Made by a program: the position numbers and the translations under genes. A model generated the notes under the pieces. The model did not search any database. It saw only the letters and a program-made list of their open reading frames with translations, and was not told the DNA's origin. A DNA stretch of 64,000 nucleotides from contig MNCI01003297.1 in assembly GCA_015680685.1 (NCBI GenBank), positions 104,065-168,064 on the forward strand, read 5' to 3'. Source of the DNA: Gnetum montanum. Lineage: Eukaryota > Plantae > Gnetophyta. Positions 38,901 to 52,289 of the stretch are shown one piece after another (the stretch's first letter is position 1; each line of letters opens with the position of its first letter).

Positions 38901-40500
38901 AATGATGCACTTAAGATTAAGCTCACATCATACTAGGATTACTGGCAACATCATGAACATACCATTTTTAGCTAGAATGGCATCCAAGTTGAACTTCTTT
39001 TCTAGATTCATCATGAACTATTTTGAAATAGGCCTAGATTGATCTTGCAAATAAAAATACTTGTTGTTTTACTAAAAAATCCTTACTTAAAATTTCTTAA
39101 AACCCTTCTTCAATCATGAATTTGGAATTTTGATATTCACGTAATGGTTATTTATGGTTGCTAGTGGCATTATAGTATAATTAATGTCTTATAGCAATAA
39201 CATTTCTTAACACAGTAAATCATTATGAAATTTATTTCTTTCTTTTATTCCTTTTATTTCTTATATGAAATTACAAAATTTTAAGTTAATTTTTGTAGCA
39301 ACTTAGCTTATTTCTTCTAGTTATTATGAGGAATAGGTCTTGCATTAGACAATCTAGGATAATAGGACTTAGGGCATTTGTTCCATTTTGGCTTAGGGAT
39401 ATGAGAATCATTTTTACACCTCTGGTGATGCTCATCTGGCCTCTAGATATATCCATAGTTCTTATTTCCTTGTGATCTTTTTCCTTTTTCACTTCTATCA
39501 AAAGCATCTTCTTCCTTCTTTAGGCATTACAAGATTTTATACAACTTGTCTTCCATTATATGAGTACATAGATAATATACTCAACACTATGTTGAAAAAA
39601 GTGCTTGATCCATGTTGGAATTATTCTTAATATTTTTATTTCATAGAAATTTTCAACATTTTCTCCCAAATCATTTTTAGAAGCTTCATCTACTCACACA
39701 TTGGCTTCATATCCTCCAAGTTCACCCTTTCTGTAATTATGACTCTTCTACCTTCTTATGGTTTTTAATGCATGAATTATATTTTGTTTTGTGCTTCTTT
39801 TTCTTATTACATATGTTTATTCTATGAGTTTCTATCTGTAACTATCTTCTATTTATGATTTTCTATACTTCATTAGCATACCATTTTATTCTAATATCTG
39901 TAACGATCTTAACTACTGAGTCTTATGGTAACTTGGCTCTGATACCAAGTTAGAGTTTGGTTTTACATATTTTGAACAACTCTAATTACCCATGAATCTT
40001 AATCCATGAGAAACTTAATACATACTCTATCATCTTAACAAGTTCAAAACTCTTGAAGATATATATCATTCTTCTTAATCATACTGTTTAAAATTTACTA
40101 AAATCATCTTAGGACTTGCATTGCACTTGACTAGTTCATTACACACTTGGCTTATCTCATGTTTAGGAGTCACTATCTTGATTCACTAGGCTTTGCAAAA
40201 TAATTCTTCATAACTCTTTTTCTTTCTTCACCATCATAACCCTCCAAATCATCTTTTCTTCTTATTAAGAAACTAGACCAGCCTACGAATGACATAACTT
40301 GGACCTTCTCTTCCTCATTAGGCAACTAGATCCTATGTCATAGGGATCACATGTGTATCCTACAACACTTACTTCTTAACATTGAGTCACTTCTCTAACC
40401 TTTTGGCTATGGTACTCGAGTGCTTCTCAACTTCAAGTCACTTCCTTAACCTTTTGGTTGTGATGCTCGGATGTTCATTACAAACTATGTGTTTCATAAC
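36000..40500 (-). mobile_element. Highly decayed, internally deleted Ty1/copia (SIRE-like) relic; boundaries approximate
   Basis: PBS at 39935-39947; GYVDYELAFSEP (RT GIDY..FSPV-like, ~38790-38826); HYIIQDKNVYLSFVDTE..FLSKP (RNase H end, ~38585-38690). Confidence 0.55.
39935..39947 (-). promoter_or_regulatory. PBS complementary to initiator tRNA-Met
   Basis: Minus strand reads TGGTATCAGAGCC. Confidence 0.85.
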
Positions 40501-41873
40501 ATCTACTTCATATTTCTAAGTTACTAATTACTTTCGTTTCTTTATTTATATACATCTTTGTCTATTTTTCTCTTTTGGTGCATTTCATTTATTAATCTAT
40601 TAATTCTTCTTCAGTTTTTGTTCTTCATTTCCACATTCATAAATTCGGTGTTGCTTGATAATATTTTGTACAAAGGTTGTCGTAGTTCTAGAGTTACAAG
40701 TCATACATTTTCACTACGAATTAATTAGGAGTGGTTACAAATATCCTTGAAGAATTAAAAAATTAATTATTGTACATTTTTAACTCATATAGTTTAACTT
40801 GAAGTTTAAGGATTAGCTAAAAATTACTTGGAATCAAAAACTAGAAACCTAAAGATGCTAGCAAATTTCTTCATCAAAATGAAGATTTGAGCTTAAGGAA
40901 ACTATCATAACTGGAAATTTCCCATACACTTAATTATTTAATTTGACATGAAATAAAATGAAACTGCAAGTTTATTACATCTAAAGACCCATAGCATCTA
41001 TTGGATAAATATTACATTTTCATGAAAAATAAAGACAAACTCTACAAATGTAGCAAGCACCAATGAAGGCATAAAAAAAGCATACAAAATTTTTGTTGTA
41101 ACATTATAATGAAATGAAAATTAATTTTTAGGATATTCTAAGAATTGAACTTAAAACCTCTTGCACCCAAAGCTAGAATTATACCACTAGACCAAATGTC
41201 CAAATTAAATAATAGGATTGAAGTTATCATATGCATTTTAATATAGTATTTTTAATTTCATTAGTTAAATAATAGGATTAAATTATTGTTATACTAAATG
41301 GATATAATTTTCTTATTATAGTATTTTTTAAAGTTTTATATCTTATTCTTCTTACTACTATTTATAATTAGTTATAGATCTTTTATATATTTAATAGTTG
41401 AATGTTCAAATTTAGTTACCCTTAAAAGATCCTTTTGTTACTTGTCATGCCTTTAGGAATATTTAATCATGCTTATTTTATTATATATTATGGACATATA
41501 TAAATGAGATATTAGCCTAGTAGTAAGACTATTGATGTGGAAGCTTGAAATTATAGGTTCAATTTTGGTAAGCATTGTTAAGTTACAAAGTTCCAATTTA
41601 ACTATATTTCTTAGGGGTAAGTATTGATAAAAAAATGTTGTGGGTTTCAACACCACGCTATATTATGAACATATGATTATATAGTACTCTATTTATGTAG
41701 AATTTAGGATTATATTAATTATAAGCAGAATGAAAAATTCAAGGGAAGGGAGAACCTCTAAAGAAGAGATGAAATGCTAAGTAGGTGAAGGAGGCACCAA
41801 CAACACTTAGAGTAGCATTAACTTTCAAAAAAATAGATAACCTTCATTGCTTTATTACTTACATTGCTACTTG

Positions 41874-42095
41874 AGATCTAATTTTTTTTCAATAGATCTC
41901 ATGTTTTTCAGTGAATCTAATGTTTTTTGGTAAATCTAATGTTTTTTGGAGGATCTAATTTTTTACAATGAATCTTATATTTTTTAATGAATCTAATTTT
42001 TCTTTAGTAAATCTAATTTGTTAATTATATTTGAAGTTTCTCCAACGAATTTGATTTCCATCTCTTTGATTTTTCTCTAGTAAATCTGATTTCTC
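41874..42095. repeat. Degenerate ~19-bp tandem repeat (RRATCTAAT-T-rich)
   Basis: At least 8 copies, e.g. GAATCTAATGTTTTTTGGT and AAATCTAATGTTTTTTGGA. Confidence 0.7.
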
Positions 42096-43529
42096 TAGAA
42101 TTCCCCTATGGGGGACTCTATATTACTAAAAACTTCTTCAAGTAATGTTAAAATTTATACTCCTTTTATCGATGCAAAAATTTCTATTAATTCTCAAAAT
42201 GCAAATCTATATATTGGTAAGAAAAAAAGTTGTGATGCCTTCTTCTAGTAATGTTGATACAACTAAGACACCTAAATTTTTTTCTTCATGATGATGTATA
42301 TGAGTCATGAGTTGCTAATCTTTCATCACAATATGTGGTCATTTAAAATTTTTGTTACCTACCTTGTAATCAAAGTTTCATTTTGTAGTTCAAAAATGTG
42401 AGGAAAAAACACCACATCCAAGTCCTTCATTGTAGGCTTTATTTTCTACTTACTAAGTTAGGCAATGCTTCAATGGTGCAACATGCCCTAGATATAGGAT
42501 CTTTATACATAAGCATGTGGTGTTAATCATTTGTAAGTGGGCTCCAATTTTGTATGTCCATTCTAAAGAATATTCTAAAGTTTCATGTTTTTTTGAGTTA
42601 TATAATATTCCATTGATTTTTCAGAAAGTTAAGTAGGAAATTGATTTTTCACTCCTATTAATTAAACCTTCAATTCCTTCTAAATCCAAATATTATGAAA
42701 GATAATTCAATATGCCAGAAAACAAGAAAATCATCTATCTTCAATTACTAAAAGAAGATTACAATCCATGATTCCACAATCCACAATACCCAGAACACTC
42801 ACAGATCCTCAAATGATATTGTAGAACATGAGGCTCTACAACTACATAATGATTGTTATCAATGCAATACATAACCAAATGAAATCTCTCCCATGAGCCT
42901 AAAACTAACATCAAACACATAGTGTACATAAGAGACACAAGGCCAAACACACATACAATTTGATCATAGAATTACATACACAAGCATGCACTCACAACTT
43001 ATGCTATCATATTACTCTTCTCAACTCTCATGACATCTCATGCTACAAAAACACAATATTTATTAGAAAATGAAGACAAGAAATCTAGAAATGCTTCCTT
43101 AAGTAAAACTTAAATATTCCTAGTTATTTCCATATTTTCTTAGATTTCTCAGTTGTTTTTACTTTAAAACTACCAATTTAGAAGTTTCCCTAGCTCTACA
43201 AGTCATCAATGGCTTTTCTGGGCCACCTTCACTATAAAAACCAACTTTCCAAAGAGACATCTTTAGTTGATGAGAGATGTCTCCACTATAGTTGAGACAT
43301 CTCACATGAGATGTATTTAATCTAGAAGAGACATCTTCACAAAATGCCAGACATCTCTTGTGAAGACTCAACTCTCAACCAAGACATCTCCTTAGAGACC
43401 AAAACCTAAAAAAAAACCATTTGTAGGAAGAAGTAAATGGAATCAGAAGAGATGTCCCTACACCAGGTCTTCCACCCTTCAAAAAGCTAACTCATGTGAA
43501 TAATGTAGTAGGGGTAGAAGTGATTCACC

Positions 43530-46500
43530 ACTCATCAAGCTTGGTCTCATAGATTCATATAATATCATCAGCAAATTTGTCCTTTTAATGAATCAAGTAC
43601 CCATGCCTCTTCATCCCACGAGTGCTAGAAGCTTCTCTCCTCTTGAGTACAATTGTCTTCCTCTCCATTGAAGGCTTCAACTTGTTAATAGCCCCATTCA
43701 ACTCATCCATGCTACCCTATATGGTTTCATCATCAACCAATCCATAGTAGTGCACAAGATATGAAACATTAAACACAAAAGACATACCACCATCATTAGG
43801 TAAATCAATCTTAAAAGCATTATCATTAATTTTAGCATTTATTTTGAAATAACCAATCTTATTGTCTTTCAACTTGGAGAACTTGACACCTCTCAATCTC
43901 TTCTTCTTCAAGTGCATCCAAACTATACCATCAACAATAAAGTTAGGCATCTACTTATTCTCATTCCTCTTAAGAACTTTCTTTTTGACCTTTTTTCTCA
44001 AAGGTTTTCCTTTACTTGTGCATAAAGATCACTCATCTACTTCATAAAATTAGTGCTAAGTTTAGCTTCTACCTCAAAACTCTTCAAATTATCCACCATC
44101 TTAGTACAAAAATCATAATTCACCTCAAATAGGCTCTTATCAATAGCAACATGAAAAGCATTGTTATACAAAAATTTAGTATGACACAATAACATTTTCC
44201 ATTGATTAGATTATCCATCACATAAATAACTCAAAATATTTAACAAGGATTTATTAATTGCCTCCATTTGGCTATTAGATTATGGATGATATGCACTAGA
44301 AAAATTTAACTTTATCCCTAAAATTTTCCAAATAGACCTCCAAAAATGATTACTGAACTTAAATTCTTTGTCACTAATAATATTTAAAGTAAATCCATGC
44401 AACTTCATAGCATATTGGAAAAAAATTTGCAACATGAGAAGCATCACTTACATTTTTGCATAGAATGAAGTGTGCCATCTTCGAGAACCTATCTACTACC
44501 ATACAAATAGCATTGTTCCTACTTTGATCTTTGGAATACCACTCACAAAATCCATTAACACACTTTCCCATGGACTATTGGAAATTGACAAAGACATGTA
44601 ATGTCCATCTACTCCTTCACCTCTTTTAAATTTCTAACAAGTCAAACACTCCATAAATTTCAAAACTTCAATTGTCATACCTAGCCAAGAATAGTACCTA
44701 CCCACAAGCTCCAATATTATTTTATCCTTGCACATATGACTTTCAATGCCACTACAATACTTTTCAAACTAAATTTTCTTCTAAAAATCATAATTCAAAA
44801 TATATACCTTTCCATTTTTAAATAACAATTCATCTTGAATATGATAGTCCCTCCATTGATCTATCCTACTCAATAATGATTCCTTGAATCTTTTTTACAC
44901 CTAGCCAAAATCATAATCATGTTCTTACAAAATAGTAGAATCATCCATACCTTCCATTTAAGGCATGAAAAAATTTACCATATGCATCCTAGGTAATGCA
45001 TCAAGTGCAACATTAGCTTTTTCACTTTTATGCTTGAGCAAAAAACTAAACTCATGTAATTGTGCAACCCACTTCATGTATTTAGCACTCAACTTCTTTT
45101 AATAATTTAGAAATTAAAGTGCTTTGTGGTCCATTATCAAGATGAATTCCTATAATTGTGCAACCCAATTCATGTATTTAGCACTCAACTTCTTTTAAGA
45201 ATTTACAAATTGAAGTGCTTTGTGGTCCATTATCAAGATGAACTCCTATAATTGTGCAACCCAATTCATGTGTTTAGCACTTAACTTCTTTTAAGAATTT
45301 AGAAATTGAAGTTCTTTGTGGTCCATTATCAAGATGAACTCCTTAGGTAATAAGTGATGCCTTCAATGCTATATTTCTTGAAGAATAGTGTACAACTCCT
45401 TTTCATATACATTATATTTTTTCCTTAACTCATTCACATTTTCAGAAAAGAAAGCAATGGGTCTATCTCCTTGGGCCCACCAATCATAAGTCCACTTGCA
45501 TCCACCTTTACCTAAAAACATTTTTAAAAATCTAGAATTAGCACTAGTTCACTAATTATTTTTACTTTCAACAAGTCAAAGCTTCTTTATGTTTCATCTT
45601 TCCACCTAAAATCTTTATTTTTCTTCAACAAAATAAACATAGGCCAAGTAATAGCACTAAAATTTTTTTTATGAACCTTTGATAAAATCCTACTAAACCA
45701 TGAATGATCTTACCTCCCCACCATTCTTAAGAGTCAGCCAATCTCTAATAGTTCTTACCTTGGTAGCATCCATCCAAATTTGATTTTTGGAAACCACATG
45801 TCCCAAGTATGTGATTTTCCTCTTGAAGAAATGCGTTTTCTTTACATTGATTACCAAATGTGCCTCCTCTTATTTTAGGCACACTCTCCTCAAGTGATCC
45901 AAGTTTTCCTTCTCATTAGAGCTATACACAAAAATATCATCAAAGAAGACAATTCAACACTTGCCAATCAAGTCTTTGAGTACATCGTGCATCAACCTCA
46001 TGAATGTTGCAAGTGCATTTATAAGCCCAAATGACTTCACCAACTACTCAAACAATCCATCTATTGTTTTGAAAGATATCTTTCATTCATCACTAGGCTT
46101 AATTCTAATTGGATGGTAATCACTCTTCAAGTGAATTTTACTAAAAACTTTTGCACTAGTAAGGACATCAAGGATATCATCCATCCTTGAAATAGGACCT
46201 GTAGCCCATTGTCATCCTATTCGCTATCCTAGAATTAGTGCACATCCTTCATTTTTGACTCTTCTTCTTTGGCATAAGCACTGTTGGAACTACACAAGTG
46301 AAATGGATTCCCTCATGAAACCATTTACAAGTAACTTCTCTACTTACCTTTGCAATTCTACCCATTGATTCAATGCCATCTGGTATGCTCTTTCATTTGG
46401 AATACTAGCACTTGGGATCAATTCAATTTAGTGTTGTACATTTTCCATTGGTGCCAATCCATCTAATTCCTCCTTGAACACCTTAGAAAATTATTCCTTA

Positions 46501-47830
46501 AAACATAGCACATCTGTTGGAAGTTCTACTTGTACATCATCATAATTAGAAGTACAGTTGATACAACAACAAAACCAAAACTAGTTTTATAATGTTTCTT
46601 AATGTATTCCCTCTCTCCTAGAAGAATTACAAAAGAATTTAGTAAGATTTTTTGCCTCACTTATTCAACTATCATAGGAATCAACTCATGGATTCCATCA
46701 AGTCTAGCTACATTCCATACATTTCTTGCTCCATCAAATTGAACACCATTGTCAAAATTCCAAGGTCTAATAAGAATCACATTATCACAATCAATTGAAA
46801 GTACATCACATTTCACAACACCATGAAAACTCCCAATTTTAAATTTCAAAACACATTTTTCTCTAGAAAACCAATGTATCTTATAGGGTCTAGGATGAGG
46901 ATAAGTTACCAAACCCAATCTAGTAGCTATCCTAGATAAAATAACAAATTTCTTAGTCTTGCCCATTAATCAAAATATGGATCCATTCCCCATTAAGAAA
47001 ACATCTAGCCCTAATCTAAAATAACAACTTTCTAGCAGGATGATCTTCTCTATTCACAATCACCATGAATGCACAAGAATTTAATTTAGAAACTTTCTTA
47101 ATCTTGGAATCATTAGGATTACATCTTCAAAGATCTTGGCTAGACAATTCATCTACATTTATGGTTTGCACATTCTTGGCCTTAGCTTTCTTGAGAAGTG
47201 GATATTCCCATTGCTTGTGTTCTCATTCTTCATACTTGAAGCACTAAATCTTGGATGAGTTTTTGTCTTGATACTTACCTCTCTTGCCTTAGTCCTTCTT
47301 AGCTTTTCCTTTCTCATCATCCTTCTTTGCATTCTTATCATGGCTACCATCTTTAACTTTAGATTTGGACTTAGATTCCTTTCTTGATTTGGATCCCTTA
47401 TCCTTTCCCTTGGAAGCTTGTTTGTTCTTGTTCCCAAAACCATTGAGTTTCTTCTCCATCTTGAGTACCAAATGATAAGTCTGATTAAGAGTTTGTGACT
47501 TATAAAATGACAACTCTTATGGATACGTCATTTTGAGACCTCCTAGAAATATTGAAGCTTGTTCATACTTCTCCCAATTTACCTTAGCTTTTTGGAATAG
47601 TTGACAAAAGTTAATGTAAAACTCCTTGGCATATTTTTTATCCTACCTTAGGAATTTCAAATTCATGATCGTCTCTTGCCCTTTCTAAAACTCTTCAAAT
47701 TTTCTCTTCAACTTCTATTTTATCATATTCTAGTCTCTAATAGGTTGATCATTTTGTCTTTCATAACCTTGGAACTCCTTTTCCTACCAAATAAAGGACA
47801 TATCTTCTAATCTATATTCAGCAATACGTA
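43530..47830 (-). pseudogene. CRM-type gag-pol with a C-terminal chromodomain-like segment
   Basis: HPRPYKIHW..CDVLSIDCDNVILIRPW (PR), VFFDDI (RT, ~45933-45950), VVDRFSKMAHFI (INT), VWMHLKKKR..KINDNAFKIDLP..FNVSYL, then TRGMKRHGYLIH*KDKFADDII*IYETKL. Confidence 0.85.
45055..45343. repeat. 3 x 96-bp in-frame tandem triplication inside the CRM RNase H
   Basis: TAATTGTGCAACCC at 45057, 45153 and 45249. Confidence 0.9.
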
Positions 47831-48404
47831 GCCTTAAGAATTAGAGAAAAAGTTATGTTTAAACTAATATTTTTCTTCTATGTGGCCCTTCTTTTTGCAA
47901 AAGATACAAGTAAAATTATCTTTGGATTTAGATTTACCTTTATTTACATATTCATTTTTGAATCTTCTTCTTTGATTTTTAGATATGTAACATTGCTCAT
48001 TGTTATGATTACCATTCTTTAGATTTTCAAGTGTTCCAATTTGAAAACCTAAATCATCAATTGTAAAATAATTAAAGTTCTTACTTTATACAAAGTTCAT
48101 CATCATGTGTTAATATATATATATATAGTCATTATCCTAGAAAGCAACAACATTTTGAACCTTTTTTCTTTAAATGAATCTACAACCATATTCATCAACT
48201 TGCCTTAAACATTTATGCATTTTGGTAAAAAAAAAATCTTTTGACCTCTTCTAATCTCAAGTTTATCAAATTGAATTATGTGTAGTTATTAAATTTGTTG
48301 ATTTTTATGGATTCCTTGATAATCAATATAGAGTCTACTTCAAACCTTTTTTGTTGTCTTCAAAGAATGTAACCTTATAATAATTTTTTTTAGATATTAA
48401 AGAC

Positions 48405-50455
48405 TTTTACTTTCGAAAACGTCGGTGGCTGGAACACTGAGAGGTTATTGGGTGTACAACCTAACCCTAGATCCATGCAAGGGCCATGCCGGAGAAAACA
48501 AAAATGGGGTGCCCTAAACGGTCTAGTTGATTAGACAGGGACTTACGTAATGTACAATAACTGTATGCAAATAATAGTTTTAAAATGTAACACACTAAGG
48601 AAGCCAATCTCTTTCTTCTCACCAATCTCTTTGCCAATCTCTACTGCCAGAAGTCAACTCCAGGAAGCCCACTTTTCTTTTTTAGAAGCCAACACTTTGA
48701 ACGTTTTTCACTAGGGTATTTATAGAGCTAAGAGCGGGAGAAAGACATGGTTTGGATGCCATGTGTCATGGGTTCAACATGACACAAATCGTGGATGTGC
48801 TACGCTGATGTGTGGTGCTATGCTGCAGTGTTATGCTGATGTGTTATGCTGATGTGTGGTGCTATGCTGCAGTGTTACGCTGATGTGTTATGTTGAGTGG
48901 AATGATGCTGGAAGTAAAACTTGCTAATTCGTGACCATAGCATTCAGATTACATGTGCCAGAATCTAGGGGAATACCATGTTTTTACAAAAAATTCCAAT
49001 GACAAGTGTACAATGAAGCTTACACTTCAGGACTACGTCTTCCCCTCCCTTGCGAGTAGGGTCAAGCGTAGAGACAATTTCGAGGCTCAAAAAGGGATGC
49101 AACAAGCAAAGAAAACTATTGATCTTAGCTATCAAGGAGATGTTGGGGTAGAAATGACCATTGACGATGAGTCCTAGAGCTTTTGGAGGTGTCTTGTGGC
49201 CTCCTTTCAAGAGTTATGCTACTTACATTACTCAACATAGCGGTGTAGCATGAATACCTACTTACTACATTCTGCTATGTTGTGTAGCATAGTATAGCAT
49301 AGCAGCCAATTTTGAGAAAAATCTTGCTTTAAAATCAAAAATACCCCTCTAGGGCCTAGCAAGGCAAGCTATCTTAGCAACCAGCCACTACAATTTTCAT
49401 GTTGAAGGAGCCTGAGACCCCCTAGTTTCATCCCCGGGACACTTTTAGCTGCAATGTCTCCGCTATGTTATGCAGCATAGCACAGCGTAGCAACCAGTGT
49501 GACATGAATTCTAGCTTAATTTACAATGCTTTGTCAAGAGACTTTGATTGGGACCTGAGGGCAAAGTGGAACAGGTAGTCTTAGAGGTTAGAGCATGGCC
49601 AAGTGCAACTCTTTTGCTAGAACAACTTGATGAAGTATCTTCGTGCATTTTAACCCTGTTACATTGTGCTACGTTGTGTAGCGTAGCATAGTGTAGCACA
49701 CATTTTGGCTTGAATTTGGACTTACTTTGCAAGTGCTCTGTCATGGGATCTCAGTCATATGTTGAGGTGGCAGTAGGACAAACATTTTTCATGGTTGAAG
49801 TATGGGAAATTTTGTTCCCCATGCCAAGACAATTTGAGAGGAGAATTTCATCATGCTAGGGCCCTGCTACGCTGTGTAGCATAGCACAACGGAGCACTCA
49901 TATTGAGGTGATATTTGATGGAATTTACCCTATTTTCTCTACGTCACACTGATCACACTTCAAGGATGAAGTAGGGCGGGCATCCTTGAGGGCTAAACAT
50001 CTACCAATTGCATCTTCTGTATTTGATCTATCACCACATGGCCTGCTACACTGTGCAACATAGCGTAGCATAGTGTAGTAGGTCCGACAATTAGAAAACT
50101 TACTAAACTATTCAGTCCATTCTAAACACCTTCGACAACTCCTAGCTTGGGGCTTGGGTGGACCATCGGCTAGGGCATTTGTCAAGATAGATAAGCTAGA
50201 GAGTGTAGCAAGCTTGACATCTTGGAAGATAGAAAATTTGTCAAACTACATGGTCCACTTTCAATGCTTCATTCGTGTAAACTGGCCTCATGACTAGGTG
50301 TTGCGTTGACTATGCTACAGAGGGTGGTAGGTAGGCTCAAAAGTCCTGTGTCCCTTGTTGTCTGTGTGGCCCAGCGTGACACCGCATTTGTAGATATTTT
50401 TGCCCAAATTTTGGGATTGTGCTAAATCATGAGTTCCAAAATTGATGGTGTTTCA
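48405..50455 (-). repeat. Element C 3' LTR (~2.05 kb; TATA on - at ~48717-48725; 2 x 44-bp repeat at ~48803-48890)
   Basis: GAAAACGTCGGTGGCTGGAACACTGAGAGG resembles the reverse complement of the A LTR end; PPT complement CCCCTCTTT at 50460-50468. Confidence 0.85.
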
Positions 50456-51869
50456 ATGGCCCCTCTTTGTTGATGTCTGGAGGATCTACCCAAGAGACGT
50501 CAACTAAGAAAATGAAACACCATGTTGAATGCGACACCCATACCGTTCATCAGTGCCTACTTAGATAATGCTTTGCTATGCTTGGGAGTGCTAGAAGAGC
50601 TAAGTATGACAAGGAGAGAGGATGGGATTGAGGAACTTGGCCTAGGGAAAAGGAAAGGTGCAGGATGCATTATTATGAGAGCCATTGCCATGGTGTGATC
50701 CCTCGTCGGGATACTTATGAGGGATTCGACATACATGAGTTTCTTTCTTCCTTTGGATTTTAACCTCTAATCAGGGTGCTTAGAGGTGGTCACTCCAAAG
50801 CTAAGATAATTGCAAAGCAACTGCACCATTTGTTTTGGGCACTTGGCTATATAGTCGTTTCTTTTTTTGTTTTTTTTTGTTTTTTGTTGCACACCCATGT
50901 TCATTGGAAGGTAACCTTGTCGTTGTTGTAGGGTAGGTGTTTCCTCCCTAAGATGAGTTGTGTTACATCCGTGCAAGGCTTTGACTAGTCTACAGAGGCT
51001 TCCCATAGGATTAGTTACATTCCATCCATCATGGGCTTGGCTGTTGAGCATGGAAGAGGGTTTCATGCACATTGGAAAAACTTGGGAAGAAGATGTCAAA
51101 AATTGTGAGTATAGCAAATGGAGATTAAGTTGGCTAAAGAGAGAATAGGATATGCACTCTCAAGTAGCTAGGCTAATCGAAGTGGATACTTCAGAATAAT
51201 GTAGTATCTTGTTCTTGTGGTGGAACATGTTCCTGAATGACACCATCTTGGCTTTTATCCTACAAACACAACAAAGAGAAAACTAGTGAAACAACCATAA
51301 AGGAAAGTGAGGGCAAAGTCCTAATTTCTTGAGACACTACAAGGGTGGCAAGTGTTGTGTCTAACATGTGCAATTTCCAAAGTAGGAAGGCTAGTGCAAG
51401 CTTCGGTAGTGGCAAGCCAGAAATAAGCACTAAAGAGGCTAGGAGCGATGATGATGCGGGTGCTCAGGAATCCCCATCAAAGGCAAGAGTCATGAAATCT
51501 AGTTGCAAGGTGAGAAGCCTAATAGCTAAATGTCCTTTTAGACTCTAGTGATGGTGAGGGCTGGAGGATGCCAACCTTATGGCTGGGCTCCAGTAGAAGG
51601 TGCTAATGGTGAGAGCTACGACCAAGATGATAGGTAGCGATGGAGGTAGCTCTGGAAGGTTAGCAAGATGTCAAATAACATCTCCAAAAGATTAGCAAGA
51701 TGCTAGGAATGATGACACTACATGTGTCCTAGAGAGTTTTTCCTTGGTGGCGTGAACTTCATTCTGGAACTACCACTTTTCACCCCTTTTGCTTAGGAAG
51801 ATCGAAGATATGCCCACTTGCTTGTTCATAAGGCCACATGTGTGAGCTAGGAGGTGTTGCACTATGAAC

Positions 51870-52245
51870 CAAGTTTTAGGTCTTGGTAGACCATCAGATA
51901 TGCTAGTTTAAAGTCCTAGCAGATCATGGTCCTAGTTGAAGGTCTAGGCAGACTGAGCTATGTTGGTTTAAGGTCCCAGTAGACTGTTGTGCTAGTTTAA
52001 GGTCCCAGTAGACTGTTGTGCTAGTTTAAGGTCCCAGTAGACTGTTGTGCTAGTTTAACGTCATAGCAGATAAAGGATGGCCAGTTTAAGGTCATAGCAG
52101 ACCATGCTGTGGGTGCTAGTTTCACGTCATGGACCAAGGACAATCTATGGGTGCTAGTTTTATGTCATGGCCCAAAGACATGTTGTGCCAGTTTAACGTC
52201 ATAGCAGACGTTCTATGCTAGTTTATAGTCATAGCAGACTATGGT
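51870..52245 (-). repeat. Element C post-integrase tandem array
   Basis: Near-perfect 29-nt copies of GTTTAAGGTCCCAGTAGACTGTTGTGCTA plus degenerate flanks. Confidence 0.9.
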
Positions 52246-52289
52246 GCTTACCTTGCTTTATGTTCAACATAATCTTATAGGTTAAGCAT

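Larger units (their letters stand above)
42710..48400 (-). mobile_element. Decayed CRM-clade chromovirus; 3' LTR ~42710-43465 (outer end approximate), 5' end cut off by element C
   Basis: PPT-like GAAGGGTGGAAGACC then TGGTGTAGGG at 43480-43456; gag-PR-RT-RH-INT on -; GAGACATCT repeats in the LTR. Confidence 0.8.
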
